Part shown: positions 10,607-20,749 of the stretch, one piece after another
Numbering within the stretch: the first letter of the stretch is position 1
How the letters are laid out: each line of letters begins with the position of its first letter
Virus record (IMG/VR): IMGVR_UViG_3300037083_000054
Coordinates: 32,001 to 96,000 of that record
Strand: one strand, 5' to 3'
Source of the DNA: a virus
Length of the DNA: 64,000 nt
The notes under the pieces: model-generated
The model's input: the letters and a program-made list of their open reading frames with translations, nothing else
What the model was told of the DNA's origin: nothing
The model's database searches: none
Made by a program: the position numbers and the translations under genes

Positions 10607-10709
10607 CGAATCGGTCGATCATGATTCAGATCGTCGTCGATTCCCATTCTCTCGAATTCGGAGAGCTGGCGAGATCGGACGGAATAGTCAACGCTCATCG
10701 GAGATTCCT

Positions 10710-11036
10710 TCAGTTAAGAGTCGCACGTCGTTTCATGAGTCCATCCGCAATATGTAACGCGATGAACTCGTGGGTCAATTTAATGAGCGGCTGAGAGAAA
10801 TCCGCCTTGCAATATTGGATTTTCTCGGCATCCGTCATGCCTGCACATTCTCGGATCAATGTCGCGAGATAGAACTCGACGAAGACGGTTGCGAGGACTC
10901 CCGCCATGATCGGTTCGACATTGGCATGGAAATTCGCGACTGTGACGGAAATCGACGATTTGAGCTTGTCGACTTGATCCGTGGCTTGTTCGACCAATTG
11001 CGGGTTGGTTTCGTTCAGATAGTGAATGAATGACAC
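10710..11036 (-). CDS. hypothetical protein
   Basis: CAGGA RBS; in the same run. Confidence 0.5.
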   Translation of the reverse strand: MSFIHYLNETNPQLVEQATDQVDKLKSSISVTVANFHANVEPIMAGVLATVFVEFYLATLIRECAGMTDAEKIQYCKADFSQPLIKLTHEFIALHIADGLMKRRATLN

Positions 11037-11038
11037 GA

Positions 11039-11368
11039 TTATTCCTGTTTCTGAATCTCTTCAGTATGCCACCACTCTCGAATCAATTGATCGCCGCTTC
11101 GACGGACAACATAGAATCCTTTTGTCGAATTGTAGGGTCCGACAATCAAACCTTTGATTCCGGTCAGATGCGTGACTTCGCCTTCGATTCGATGATAGGA
11201 CGATTCATTCCAAGTTTCCGGAGAAGGATCAATCAATCGAATTTCTTGAACCACAGGTGAAGTCAACTGAATCTCTCCCGAGAAGAGATACCAGATGCCT
11301 AAACCGATGATGGCAAGCGAAAAACCGATTTCAGCATTGCTGGGCGAAGTTCTCATCTCGGATTCCAA
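11039..11368 (-). CDS. single-TM hypothetical protein
   Basis: N-terminal hydrophobic helix. Confidence 0.5.
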   Translation of the reverse strand: MESEMRTSPSNAEIGFSLAIIGLGIWYLFSGEIQLTSPVVQEIRLIDPSPETWNESSYHRIEGEVTHLTGIKGLIVGPYNSTKGFYVVRRSGDQLIREWWHTEEIQKQE

Positions 11369-11850
11369 TCAGTTTGAAGCCGCTCGCCGTTTGTCAATAA
11401 ACGCATCAATCGCAGCCGTTGCTGCATCCCAAATGCGACCGACGATTTCCACTCGCTGTTTGCTCATCGCCCAACCACTGAAGTTCCTCGGGCGTGATTT
11501 CCAGCCGCATCATTAAGATCTCTTGGAGAGCGAGATCACTCAAGACGATCGCCGTGCAGTGATTGCAGAGGTCGTGTACTTCGACGAGTTCTCGAATATC
11601 TTCTGCCAACGCCTCCATGTTGATGGCGTTTTCTTCGCTGTTTTCGTGGTTGTGACTTTCCATTCATCCTCACCCATTATCGCCGGAGATTCGTTGACTA
11701 TTCGGATAACGCGAGAACATCATCGTCAGATCATGATTTTTATCGGAATTCTGGCAAAAAACAGGAAATCGCATCCATTCAGATCACGACCATCTCTCGC
11801 GGGCGACGGATGCCGTTTTTCGCGAAAATCATCTATGCCCCTCGAAAAAA

Positions 11851-11869
11851 TAAATAAGCCGCTTATTTA
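11851..11869. repeat. 19-bp palindrome, copy 2
   Basis: TAAATAAGCCGCTTATTTA just past the TerL stop. Confidence 0.9.
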
Positions 11870-11890
11870 GTTGTCCAGTTGTTTGTCCAC

Positions 11891-13852
11891 CTATCGTCGG
11901 CTTCCTGGAATATTGTCGCGACCGCCTCGAACCCGACGTTTTGGCTGATTGAACTTATTGCTCTCGATTTGAACGCTGCCTTTTGAGTGCTGATGGGCCA
12001 TGGTTGACGGCGTCAGACCTCGCGTGCTGGCTTCGGAGAAAAGCCCGTATCGCATGCAATCGACCGCGTCATCGTCAATTTTGACGGGATCAGCACGGAC
12101 GGCTGGCGAGTTCACGTTGGTTGTCAGTTGTTTGTGTCGATGGTAATTCACAAAGTTCCGGCAGAGATTCGGACACTTCTCGCGGACGACTTTCAGGCGA
12201 GATTCGACCGGGAGATCGGGAGCCAGTTGAAATGTCGGCTTCAGTAGATAGCGAACATATTCGATCCCCTCCTCGACATTGTCCTTTTTCGCAAGCTGGA
12301 GACTTGGAGCGTCGTATTCGCCATCAGGGAATTCTTCGCTGACCGTGTACTCGTTGACTTTGCCGAGCGTTCGAACCGCATCCAAATCATGGTCGCACCA
12401 TGTCACGCCGTAGTTTGGATTCCCTTCCGGCCACCAATGCATATCCGCGATTTCCTTCCAATGGTCAATCACGGTCTTCGAGGCATCGTTCGAATAGTAT
12501 TCGTCGTAGATCCACACGCGACCTCGTTGATCGAAGCAGAAGAATAAGCAGACGAAAGCGTGATCAATCGAGAATCCGAAGTCGATCGCTCGCACATGGA
12601 ATAGACCTGATGGCGGCTCCCATCCTTCCGGTGTGCAGTGAATGTTCGGGTTCCATTCGGGATAGACCGCTCCTTCGAAGTTGCCCCATAAGCCTTGTTC
12701 GCGGACAGGCTTCATTGAGTCGGGGACCATGCCGAAAAACTGGTGATACCATTGTTCTGAGATATGGCCCGCTTCCATTGCACAGCGGGTATTGCAGCGG
12801 AAGATGGCCGAGTCGGCGGGGATGTCGCCTTTTTCTTCCATTTCTCGCAATGGCATTGAAAGCGATGGGTCGACCGGCGTGAACTCGACAAGCTTGTTGC
12901 CGGTGAATGAATACTCGCGACAACCTCGCATGACTTCTTCGAGAATGCCCCACGGGAACTGTTCAACGAACAGGAAGCCGCCGATTGATTCGGCCTGCAT
13001 ACTCGCTCGGCCTTGCTCGTAAGACTTGAAGCAAAGCAGCCAGTTCTTGCCGGGTCGATTTGGCCATGACTTCAATGGAACGCTGTAGGGCCAATCCATG
13101 TTTGGCTTGTACCACTGGATACGTGGCCAGTCGATGTCGTTCGGATGGATGTGCCCTTTCTGATGAAGCTTTTCTTTCCAACATGCATTCATCACCATTG
13201 AATAGCTTTGGCTGATGAGCCAAAACGGCGTGTCTCGGCGTGGTGGTGGAGTCTTGTTGATAAACCGCATCATTTTCGCCAGACCGAGCGTCGTCGTCCC
13301 TGAATTGTGGTGATAGATGCCTTCCATCCAGTAGTTTTCATAGATCGGGACGTGAAAGTCCCAATAAACATCCCTACGAACAAAGCAATGAGCTTCGACG
13401 TAAGCGACTTTACCATCGGCCTGAATTAGTCTCACATCGCCATCCGCAACCACATCCCGCATCGTCATCCAGCCATATTCGGTGAAGACTCGATGATCGA
13501 GAGTGACGCAAAAAACATTTCCGTCTGAATCGCCAGAAAGCAGAAACTCGCAGAGATCTTCCGTTCCACAGGCATGCGGCTGTTCGGCTAATGCGATGAC
13601 GCGATTGCCAGTGAATTCGTCGATCGACCAGACGTGGAATGGGCCGGGGATCGAGTCTATGCGGCGAGAGACGTCCAGAATCGGATCATAGATTTCTTGC
13701 TCGGCAGCCGCGCATCCGTTGCCGCCAAGGCAGTACTGGATACCAGATAATTCAGACTCATAGAACGCCGTCTGCATATCATTTCGTTCAGGCTGATCAG
13801 GCCGAGGCTTGAAATGAAAGCATTCGAGTTCTTGAATTCTGGAGAGCGACAT
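11891..13852 (-). CDS. terL: terminase large subunit with intein
   Basis: Walker A GGNG|SGTT split by an intein, Walker-B-like FLFVEQ, FTP motif, nuclease RAIDFG and DDDAVDCMRY. Confidence 0.9.
   Translation of the reverse strand: MSLSRIQELECFHFKPRPDQPERNDMQTAFYESELSGIQYCLGGNGCAAAEQEIYDPILDVSRRIDSIPGPFHVWSIDEFTGNRVIALAEQPHACGTEDLCEFLLSGDSDGNVFCVTLDHRVFTEYGWMTMRDVVADGDVRLIQADGKVAYVEAHCFVRRDVYWDFHVPIYENYWMEGIYHHNSGTTTLGLAKMMRFINKTPPPRRDTPFWLISQSYSMVMNACWKEKLHQKGHIHPNDIDWPRIQWYKPNMDWPYSVPLKSWPNRPGKNWLLCFKSYEQGRASMQAESIGGFLFVEQFPWGILEEVMRGCREYSFTGNKLVEFTPVDPSLSMPLREMEEKGDIPADSAIFRCNTRCAMEAGHISEQWYHQFFGMVPDSMKPVREQGLWGNFEGAVYPEWNPNIHCTPEGWEPPSGLFHVRAIDFGFSIDHAFVCLFFCFDQRGRVWIYDEYYSNDASKTVIDHWKEIADMHWWPEGNPNYGVTWCDHDLDAVRTLGKVNEYTVSEEFPDGEYDAPSLQLAKKDNVEEGIEYVRYLLKPTFQLAPDLPVESRLKVVREKCPNLCRNFVNYHRHKQLTTNVNSPAVRADPVKIDDDAVDCMRYGLFSEASTRGLTPSTMAHQHSKGSVQIESNKFNQPKRRVRGGRDNIPGSRR
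13304..13714 (-). other. 137-aa mini-intein (Hint domain only)
   Basis: N-terminal Cys, block B TLDHRVFT, block F WDFHVP, C-terminal HN followed by Ser; no endonuclease domain. Confidence 0.9.
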
Positions 13853-13990
13853 CCGTGTCCATTCGGTGAGTTGGCGTCATTGCCACTATTTACTTTAACG
13901 ACGGCACTTCTGTTTAGCCATCACTATCAAAGCAAAAGCGACAGTAGAGGGGAATCTCTGTCGCTTTCACGGAACGGCTCAACGCCGATT

Positions 13991-14869
13991 TTATGCCTGC
14001 GGGATGTCTTCGATGATCACTCCGCTCCATCCGCATGCGACTTCCACTTCGAACTGATCGAAGACGGCGATGTTCTCGCCATCAATCTCGACACGAAGAT
14101 CATTCGCTTTGTTGATGCGAAGTGCAATCGTTGACCGCGTTGACTTATCAGTTTCTGACGGAGTTTGTCGGCAGAGAACCGCAACTGCATTCGTCGGGAA
14201 TGTAAACTCGGCCTTCATTCCAGTCAGAGGAGACTGGCTCACAGTGATCGAGTCTTCAATCACCACGGGCGAATCGTCAATCATTGTGGGGCAGTCGTAT
14301 TGCTCATCGCGTGGATAGATACCGACAGTCCACGGGCATTCGCCAATCCGCTTGGCCATTCCCGGACTCACGATCACCGTCAGGTCTGGCAATTCGATTC
14401 CAACCTTCTTTGCAACACTCTTTCGATCATGCTGCTTTGAAATCCGCGAAATCTGGCGGCGAATCTGTTCGAACAAAGTATTCGCGGGGACTTCCTCCCA
14501 TGCCGCCAATGACAGTCGAGAAATCGCGGGATCGCTTTTCAGTTTCTCAATCACGGCTGATGTTCGGACTGACATCGCGAGTTGAGCCAATGCTCGCACA
14601 CGCCTCTCGATCTCGTCGGGATCTTTCGATTTGCAGATATCGGTATGCTTCCGCAGAATTCCGCCGCTCTCGATCGGGACAATTTCCACATAACGATTCA
14701 GGGGGAAGTCTTCCGTGTTTCGACTGAAGTCTTTCAGCAGATGCTGCGTTAGTGCATCGTCTCGGAACGACACATTCGAAAGCGTGTTTGCCGTGGCATT
14801 CCGCTGGACAATCCAGCCAAGTCCAAGCCATCCAAAAACAGTCGTCAAAATTGCAGTGCGTCGGTTCAT
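13991..14869 (-). CDS. major-capsid-protein paralog with Tat-like signal peptide
   Basis: Colinear matches to ORF 58837 (DFSRN, RALAQLAM..RT, VIED, IAV.D.F.V); N-terminus MNRRTAIL + hydrophobic + ATA. Confidence 0.75.
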   Translation of the reverse strand: MNRRTAILTTVFGWLGLGWIVQRNATANTLSNVSFRDDALTQHLLKDFSRNTEDFPLNRYVEIVPIESGGILRKHTDICKSKDPDEIERRVRALAQLAMSVRTSAVIEKLKSDPAISRLSLAAWEEVPANTLFEQIRRQISRISKQHDRKSVAKKVGIELPDLTVIVSPGMAKRIGECPWTVGIYPRDEQYDCPTMIDDSPVVIEDSITVSQSPLTGMKAEFTFPTNAVAVLCRQTPSETDKSTRSTIALRINKANDLRVEIDGENIAVFDQFEVEVACGWSGVIIEDIPQA

Positions 14870-15074
14870 GTTCGATTCGCTCCATTTCGTTCAGATTCGG
14901 AAATCGCATCAATCCACTTCATATCATAATCCCATTCCTCGCACAAATAATCAACGGAATTCAAGAGAACCGGATCGAGGGTGCCGCGAGGAAGGCGGAT
15001 GATTCCGCCATGATAATCCACATGATTCTTGATCAGGATCTCAATTGCTTCGGCATCGGATTCAAAAGGCTGGC

Positions 15075-15341
15075 TCATGACTTCTCCCTGAATTCCACAA
15101 TCAAATCCTTTCCCAATCCAAACGCGATTTTCTTCAGCGTCAGCAATGTTTGCGTGTTCGACTTTGCGTCTTCCAGCGAGGAAATTGTTTGTTGACGCAC
15201 GCCACCAAGTTCCGCGAATTGCGTTTGATTCAAGCCACTGGCATCTCTCAGAGCCATGACTTGACGTGCGATATTGGCGTCGATGGCAGCGAAGAAAGCT
15301 TCGCGAGCAGTCGCTTCGGGATCTTCCATGATCACTTTCAT
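15075..15341 (-). CDS. XRE-family HTH regulator
   Basis: LRDASGLNQTQFAELGGVRQQTISSLE. Confidence 0.85.
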   Translation of the reverse strand: MKVIMEDPEATAREAFFAAIDANIARQVMALRDASGLNQTQFAELGGVRQQTISSLEDAKSNTQTLLTLKKIAFGLGKDLIVEFREKS

Positions 15342-15431
15342 TCAAAAACAGGACTGCCGATCGGGATTCCACCGATCACCAACAATTTTTGTAGCTGGCA
15401 GTCCATTTACGGCCCGGCAGTCCCGTATATG

Positions 15432-15713
15432 TCACACAATCACAATCTCTCTTGTCGGCGTCGGAAGCCCGCGAGGATCTCCATCGTCAGCCGCAAACCA
15501 TCTCAAATACCATATATTTCCGCGTCTCGATTTCCACATCTTTCCGGGATAGACGCCAGATGGTGTCGATGTGGAATACTCAGCGAGGTTTTTGAATAGT
15601 TGTTCGGTCATCATTGCACAGTTATCGTCGATAAGAACCTGTCTTGAATCCGGTTGACGCCATCCGCGTCCAAGAGGATCTGTAATGGGCGGAATAATAT
15701 TTTCGTGATTCAT
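15432..15713 (-). CDS. conserved phage hypothetical protein
   Basis: L.EYS.S.PSGVY.GKMWK motif. Confidence 0.65.
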   Translation of the reverse strand: MNHENIIPPITDPLGRGWRQPDSRQVLIDDNCAMMTEQLFKNLAEYSTSTPSGVYPGKMWKSRRGNIWYLRWFAADDGDPRGLPTPTREIVIV

Positions 15714-16062
15714 GACAACAACGCTTCCGCCAGAGGATCATTCGTCTCGTCAATCTCATTCATCACAGCCCAAGCCGATACGCCGAATGGCACTAGGATA
15801 AGGGAACTGCTCCCGAAGCAAGCTTTCGATGGTACGTATTTCGTGGCCGCGACATCATATCTTTCCAGCCTTCGCGTGGCTTTGCACGTTTAATCCCGAA
15901 TAAAAGTGCAGACGGACCCGAACGGCGAATTAAACGTGCATGCCAAAGGATCTGACAATTGGCGATTATCCGGATTATTTCATTGAAGTTTCTGAATTTG
16001 CAACAGACGTTTTCGCTGCGGCCTTCGCGGCTTTCATGGCTTTAATCTTTTCTCGATACCAG

Positions 16063-16467
16063 TCAGGTATCTTGTGCGTCGTCACAGGCGGAAAGGGAAT
16101 CGTTTCTTTTGAGCAGATGCTTTCTGAGACTGGAAATTCTTCGAAAACGAGCTCCAAACTCCCATTCACCAGTTTTAATGTCCAGTGCGACATAATTCAT
16201 CTCTTCGGTTTCGCAGTGATCAAAATATCGGAGCAGTTCGTCTAAGTCCTTGATGGCAGCAGGTTCATATGTGCCGACAGTTGTCCATTCGTCACGCTCG
16301 GCGATGAATTGCTTTGCTGCCATCTCGCTGGAAAACAATGGAGCGGCATTTTGGATCTCTTCTGGCGAGAGAACAGCCAATATCCCCCTCCATCCCGCGA
16401 CAATATCGACAGGAATCCAAATAGGATACGTAATGTCGATATCATCGTTTTCATGGATTGATTCCAT
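16063..16467 (-). CDS. passenger protein, homolog of 35593-35937 (possibly SseB-like)
   Basis: AAPLFSSE...YVALD versus AAPIFTDE...HVTFD. Confidence 0.6.
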   Translation of the reverse strand: MESIHENDDIDITYPIWIPVDIVAGWRGILAVLSPEEIQNAAPLFSSEMAAKQFIAERDEWTTVGTYEPAAIKDLDELLRYFDHCETEEMNYVALDIKTGEWEFGARFRRISSLRKHLLKRNDSLSACDDAQDT

Positions 16468-16589
16468 TATGCGAACTCCCGATTGACTACGTACCGGGAG
16501 TTGCTACCATGCCATCGCCATAACCGCATGGTTCTCCCAGAGAACAAAAGAACGCCAGCAATCCCCATTGCTGGCGTTTATCATTTTCC
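16468..16589 (-). ncRNA. conserved structured element, copy A
   Basis: Aligns with 24002-24121 and 35462-35592; stems conserved. Confidence 0.7.
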
Positions 16590-16618
16590 AAGATTCATTC
16601 TGAACTGCAATGGCAGAT

Positions 16619-17125
16619 TCAGATTGATCTCTCGGTCTCAATTTTGACTGTCGACATCGTTGCCCAGACCATCAACAAGATCCATACGATGCCGGTCCAC
16701 GCCAAACAGAAGTTCAGAATCAGGATCGGAACCAGATTCCGATGTGCTCGTAAATAGGCGATTATGGACGGCAAGAAATGCAACAAGATTAAAGCAACAA
16801 TGGCAACTGATCCAAATGCCGCGAAAAACACGGCGCGAATTTTGTCGTCGGCCAATGTCTTATTGTTCGCAAAAATCCCCACGCACATTACGACAAACAA
16901 GAGTGCAGTAAGAATCGCAGAGCCAATGACGATAATTTTCCCTTGTCCGTTCTTCGTCCAATAAACTGAAGAATGATCCGATTTCTGGATGATAATTGGT
17001 TCTTCTTTGTCGGCATCACACCTTGGACACACGGTCATTTTCGATGTGTTTGCCGTTGCCGGTATTGCGTAAACTTTACCGCACGACGGACAGGTCCATT
17101 TTTGACGTGACGCACCTGAAGACAT
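16619..17125 (-). CDS. Zn-ribbon + superinfection immunity (T4 Imm-like) membrane protein
   Basis: CPSC/CPRC; C-terminal HFLPSIIAYLRAHRN..PILILNFCLAWTGIVWILLMVWA. Confidence 0.8.
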   Translation of the reverse strand: MSSGASRQKWTCPSCGKVYAIPATANTSKMTVCPRCDADKEEPIIIQKSDHSSVYWTKNGQGKIIVIGSAILTALLFVVMCVGIFANNKTLADDKIRAVFFAAFGSVAIVALILLHFLPSIIAYLRAHRNLVPILILNFCLAWTGIVWILLMVWATMSTVKIETERSI

Positions 17126-17160
17126 GATCTCTCTTTCGTCGTGTTGAGTGTTGAGCAGAA

Positions 17161-17199
17161 AAGACGCATCGGATGCTTGTAAGACTACCGATGCGTCTT
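17161..17199. terminator. hairpin downstream of transposase A
   Basis: 12-bp arms AAGACGCATCGG / CCGATGCGTCTT; T-run on the minus strand. Confidence 0.6.
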
Positions 17200-17220
17200 G
17201 CTGAGATTCAAGCGATGCGT

Positions 17221-18438
17221 TTACTTCGCGAATGCAGGTTCGATACCTAGTTCGTAAAACTCACTGATTAGGCAGCAGATGTTATGTGCCAAAACCTTAC
17301 ACAGAACTTCGTTTTTCATGGCGATTTCGGTCTTGCTGCGAACTGAATCTCCGAACTTGCGTTTTACCATTGAGAATGTGGATTCAATGTTACTCCGCTT
17401 GTGATACGACTGAAGAAACTCCTCACGGTACAAGCTGAAGAAATGAAATGCCTTGCCAAACAATCCACCGATGCCGCCTGTAGTTCCCGAACGAAACGTG
17501 ATGTATGGCTCGGCCCCGAGAGCATTGATGGCTCGGAAGTTCGATTCGCTCGCATACTGAGTGTCGGCACTCACTTCCTTAACGTCGAAATTCTTTGCGG
17601 TTGTCTGCATGAGTGCTGGCAGAAGTGGTGAATCATTCGCGTTGCGGTCAAGGATTTCCACAGCCGTGATGACATTCGTTTTCACCCCGCACACGGCATG
17701 CAGCTTGACCCAAGTATGCTCAGTCCTGACTTTTCCATATTTATGATCGAACCATCTAATGAACTTCGACGATGTGAAACCTGATGAATCAACCGCAAAA
17801 TCGGTTTCAACGCTTTTGAGCGGCAAACTGGATGTCTGGATCAATTGAACAAGATGTTCCGTCATTTCTTCATCTTCTAGCGCAGTGCTGATCGCATTGA
17901 AATGCGGTGTTCGTTCGATATACCCCTTGTACTTCGCATCGTCCAGATCGCACATAAATCTTCTCTGGCTGACAGTGCTGTAAACCTTGAAACAGGCCAT
18001 GAATATGCAGTCAGACATGGGAATTCGTGGGCGACCGCGTCCAGGCGTCGCTAAGGGTGCCTTGACGTTGTCGCACAGCGATCGCAATAGCGACTGAAAG
18101 TGATCTTTCTCGCTCGTCTGCGCCTGATTGTATTCCGCCCACATTTGAGGATATGTCGGACGTTTGACGGTCGTAGAAATAGTCACTTCCTCAGTCGTTG
18201 TCTCAGTGCCGTCCGCGTTCTGCTCGCGTTTGATGACATATCGGACGGCGTAAATGTGCTTGCACTCTTGACCACGTTTTTCGAAGTCCGGGCAATTGCA
18301 ATAGGGCGTTTGCTCATCTGCCACGACGGTGTATTTGCCTTCGCCTGTCTGACTGGGGACGATCCACACTTGTCCTTTTTGCACAATTCGACTTCCGGCA
18401 GCGATCGTAGCACCACGTTGTTCTCTTGCTTCGCACAT
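17221..18438 (-). CDS. DDE transposase with N-terminal SWIM zinc finger
   Basis: CNCPDF..CKH; FAVDSSG, SADTQY, RSNIESTF; start set by homology to 32195. Confidence 0.9.
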   Translation of the reverse strand: MCEAREQRGATIAAGSRIVQKGQVWIVPSQTGEGKYTVVADEQTPYCNCPDFEKRGQECKHIYAVRYVIKREQNADGTETTTEEVTISTTVKRPTYPQMWAEYNQAQTSEKDHFQSLLRSLCDNVKAPLATPGRGRPRIPMSDCIFMACFKVYSTVSQRRFMCDLDDAKYKGYIERTPHFNAISTALEDEEMTEHLVQLIQTSSLPLKSVETDFAVDSSGFTSSKFIRWFDHKYGKVRTEHTWVKLHAVCGVKTNVITAVEILDRNANDSPLLPALMQTTAKNFDVKEVSADTQYASESNFRAINALGAEPYITFRSGTTGGIGGLFGKAFHFFSLYREEFLQSYHKRSNIESTFSMVKRKFGDSVRSKTEIAMKNEVLCKVLAHNICCLISEFYELGIEPAFAK

Positions 18439-18571
18439 GACTTGCCTCTTTTTCTGTTGAGGCATTCCCGATAGAATCGCAATTGCTATGTCGCGGATTG
18501 GCGGGAACGCCAGTTTGTGATTCGCCCCGGTTTCGATTCGCAGTCGATTCCGGGTTTTCCTTACGCATAGT

Positions 18572-18638
18572 ATTGTACGGACATAATTATCGGAAGTCAA
18601 TAAGAAACCATTGACAAAAATAATTTTGTCCGTACACT
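18572..18638. promoter_or_regulatory. divergent promoters with inverted-repeat operator
   Basis: TGTACGGACA / TGTCCGTACA overlapping the -10 boxes; TTGACA (+) and TTGACT-17-TACAAT (-). Confidence 0.7.
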
Positions 18639-18644
18639 TCCAGC

Positions 18645-18902
18645 ATGCACGAAAAACGACCAGGAAGACCGCCAAAGTCAGGCGTCGCATTCGGAGTTCG
18701 CATCGAGATTCGAGCGACGGACGAAGAGCGAGACCGCATCGACAAGGCGGCGAGCATTGCCGGTAAAGAGCGATCCGAGTGGATTCGTAGCACGCTGCAA
18801 TTAGCGGCGAATCAGACAATTGAAGAACATGATTCACAACCAGTGTTGAAAATGACGAAGAGATCTGTAAAATCAAAGAAGACCGGCCATGCTGGAACAT
18901 GA
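18645..18902 (+). CDS. small RHH/MobC-like regulator
   Basis: RPGRPPK then IEIRATDEERDRIDKAA...SEWIRSTL. Confidence 0.75.
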   Translation: MHEKRPGRPPKSGVAFGVRIEIRATDEERDRIDKAASIAGKERSEWIRSTLQLAANQTIEEHDSQPVLKMTKRSVKSKKTGHAGT

Positions 18903-19183
18903 CCGGCTTCGAGAGAAAAACGCCAATCTTCGGGATTGGCACCGATGGCATCCTGCCATCACCTGCTATCCGTCGAGGAACAGCCTGTCATTGCGGCAAA
19001 TTGCCGTCTTGTCAGATCGAACCAAAACGGAAGCAGGCCATGAAGCCATATGGCTTGCATGGCAGTCCTCCTGAAAACCGAGCGATTGGATTATCTTGGG
19101 TTCTAAGTCAAAGTACCCAATCCTCGGTCACTGAGGCACCACTATCCACAGTGGCCCGGATGTCGCCTCGTTTGGCATCCGGG

Positions 19184-19534
19184 TTATTTCTTCGCTTCCT
19201 CTCCACTCCATTTCCCGTCCGGGAGCTTTCTGAAGTTTTTGTCGTTCAGCGTGGTATTGACAGTTCCCTGCGGAATTCCTGATTTGGCGATAACGTCACG
19301 ACGCAACATCGGCCCCTCTTTAATCAAAAACTCTCTCAATTCTTGAACCCTAGTCTTTCCCGCAGTAGTGGCATTGCCTGCTGGCGTTTTATTGCCTCCG
19401 CCTGCCGGAGTTTTCTGATTCGACCGGGGCGGTTTTGAAGTAATTCGCTCAATTGCTTCTGCACCGAGCATTAATTCCTCCACTGTCGTTCCGATTGCAA
19501 TCCAGCCATTTTCTGTTTTTTGAATTGATGCCAT
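19184..19534 (-). CDS. passenger protein with winged-HTH-like C-terminus
   Basis: LREFLIKEGPMLRRDVIAKSGIPQGTV. Confidence 0.55.
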   Translation of the reverse strand: MASIQKTENGWIAIGTTVEELMLGAEAIERITSKPPRSNQKTPAGGGNKTPAGNATTAGKTRVQELREFLIKEGPMLRRDVIAKSGIPQGTVNTTLNDKNFRKLPDGKWSGEEAKK

Positions 19535-19767
19535 ACAAGTCCCCGCGATTCTGTTCCAGACGTCGATAATGACAATACTTATGAATGGTATCGACCATAA
19601 CGTAAAAAGCAATAGCGCAGGGAACGACCATAATTTGGTCATGCGTCCATATTGCCTGAAAACGAAAAAGGCCCGGAGATCCGCAGATCACCGAGCCTTG
19701 ATAAGTTTGAGAAAGCCCCCGTCAGTTGATTAAAAGTGCAGAACTGCGATTATTCGTGCAAGTGCCA

Positions 19768-20316
19768 TTAAACGTGCAAAGCCACCGCACCAGTGGCAAA
19801 AGAAATCAGAGCGACTGCCCGCATGATGGGGAATCCGAGGCCCGCGACGGTGGTTTTGACTCGTGGGAATTCCAATTGGTTCTCAGCAGTATCCGGCATT
19901 GAGAGTGTCGTACCGTCAGCCAGGAACAGTTCACGGCCTCGCCAGTGCCAAGCATTGTCGGCAGTACCGTGAACGCTGCATCCGATTTCCTTCGCAAGTC
20001 GCGACATCACTTGAAGAGGGAAGCGACTGCGGGCGTCGGCATAGCTAGCGGATGACGCTGAACAGGCAGGAAGTCCATTCGCCACGCGATGAGCCAGAAT
20101 CCGGCTCACAGCTTCATTGAGCGATTTATCTTGACTGAGACACTGAGACAGCCACGCCCATAGAGTGACCAGCGGGCAAAACACTCGTTGACGATATTCG
20201 TGCCCTTCATCTTCGAGAACACCGACAACATGGTCGCGTTTGAGAAGTCGTCCAAATGGAAGCCCGTCATCATTTGCAAATGTGTCACGAACTAAGCGGA
20301 AGTCTTTTCTGCTCAT
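19768..20316 (-). pseudogene. IS4-family transposase, 3'-truncated by element A
   Basis: RQRVFCPLVTLWAWLSQ, SYADARSR, LADGTTLSMPDT, GFP; reads into the TIR and stops. Confidence 0.85.
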
Positions 20317-20551
20317 CTGATTCGCCTTTTCTTCAGGGCGAACCGTGATAGAATGCTGTTGTGATACGGGGCATTCTGGCGGATTCGCTGGTTTGAACTG
20401 GACCCGGTTTCGACGCCAATTGAAGCCGGGTTTTTCTTTTGTCAGGTCGCCAAACCCAACGCATGAAATAATATCAATCCTCTGATTTATTGTCCAGACA
20501 AAAAAACATTCGAATTGACAAATTTTTGTCTGGACGTAATATGTCGGAATC

Positions 20552-20749
20552 ATGAAGCACAAAACTGATCCACTGAAGCGGGGTCGATCGTCGACCGGGC
20601 AAATGCCGATGAAGTATTTCAGGATTGCGGACGAAGACTGGCAACAGATCGAATCTGCGGCCAGTGCGTCCGATGAAACGACTTCTGAATACATTCGCCG
20701 AGTCCTGTTGAAAGACTCGGCCCGCATTCTCAAGAAAAAAGATGCCTAG
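20552..20749 (+). CDS. small RHH-like regulator
   Basis: KRGRS..FRIADEDWQQIESAA...SEYIRRVL; operator IR at 20492-20535. Confidence 0.7.
   Translation: MKHKTDPLKRGRSSTGQMPMKYFRIADEDWQQIESAASASDETTSEYIRRVLLKDSARILKKKDA

Larger units (their letters stand above)
15878..19783 (-). mobile_element. IS5-family (IS903-like ends) element A with passenger genes
   Basis: Perfect 17-bp TIR GGCTTTGCACGTTTAAT (15878-15894 / 19767-19783) enclosing a DDE transposase. Confidence 0.9.

Noticed and set aside
18439-18951. N-terminal extension of the 576-aa transposase ORF
   Set aside because: It overlaps the promoter and the divergent regulator; the paralog starts at the equivalent of 18438.
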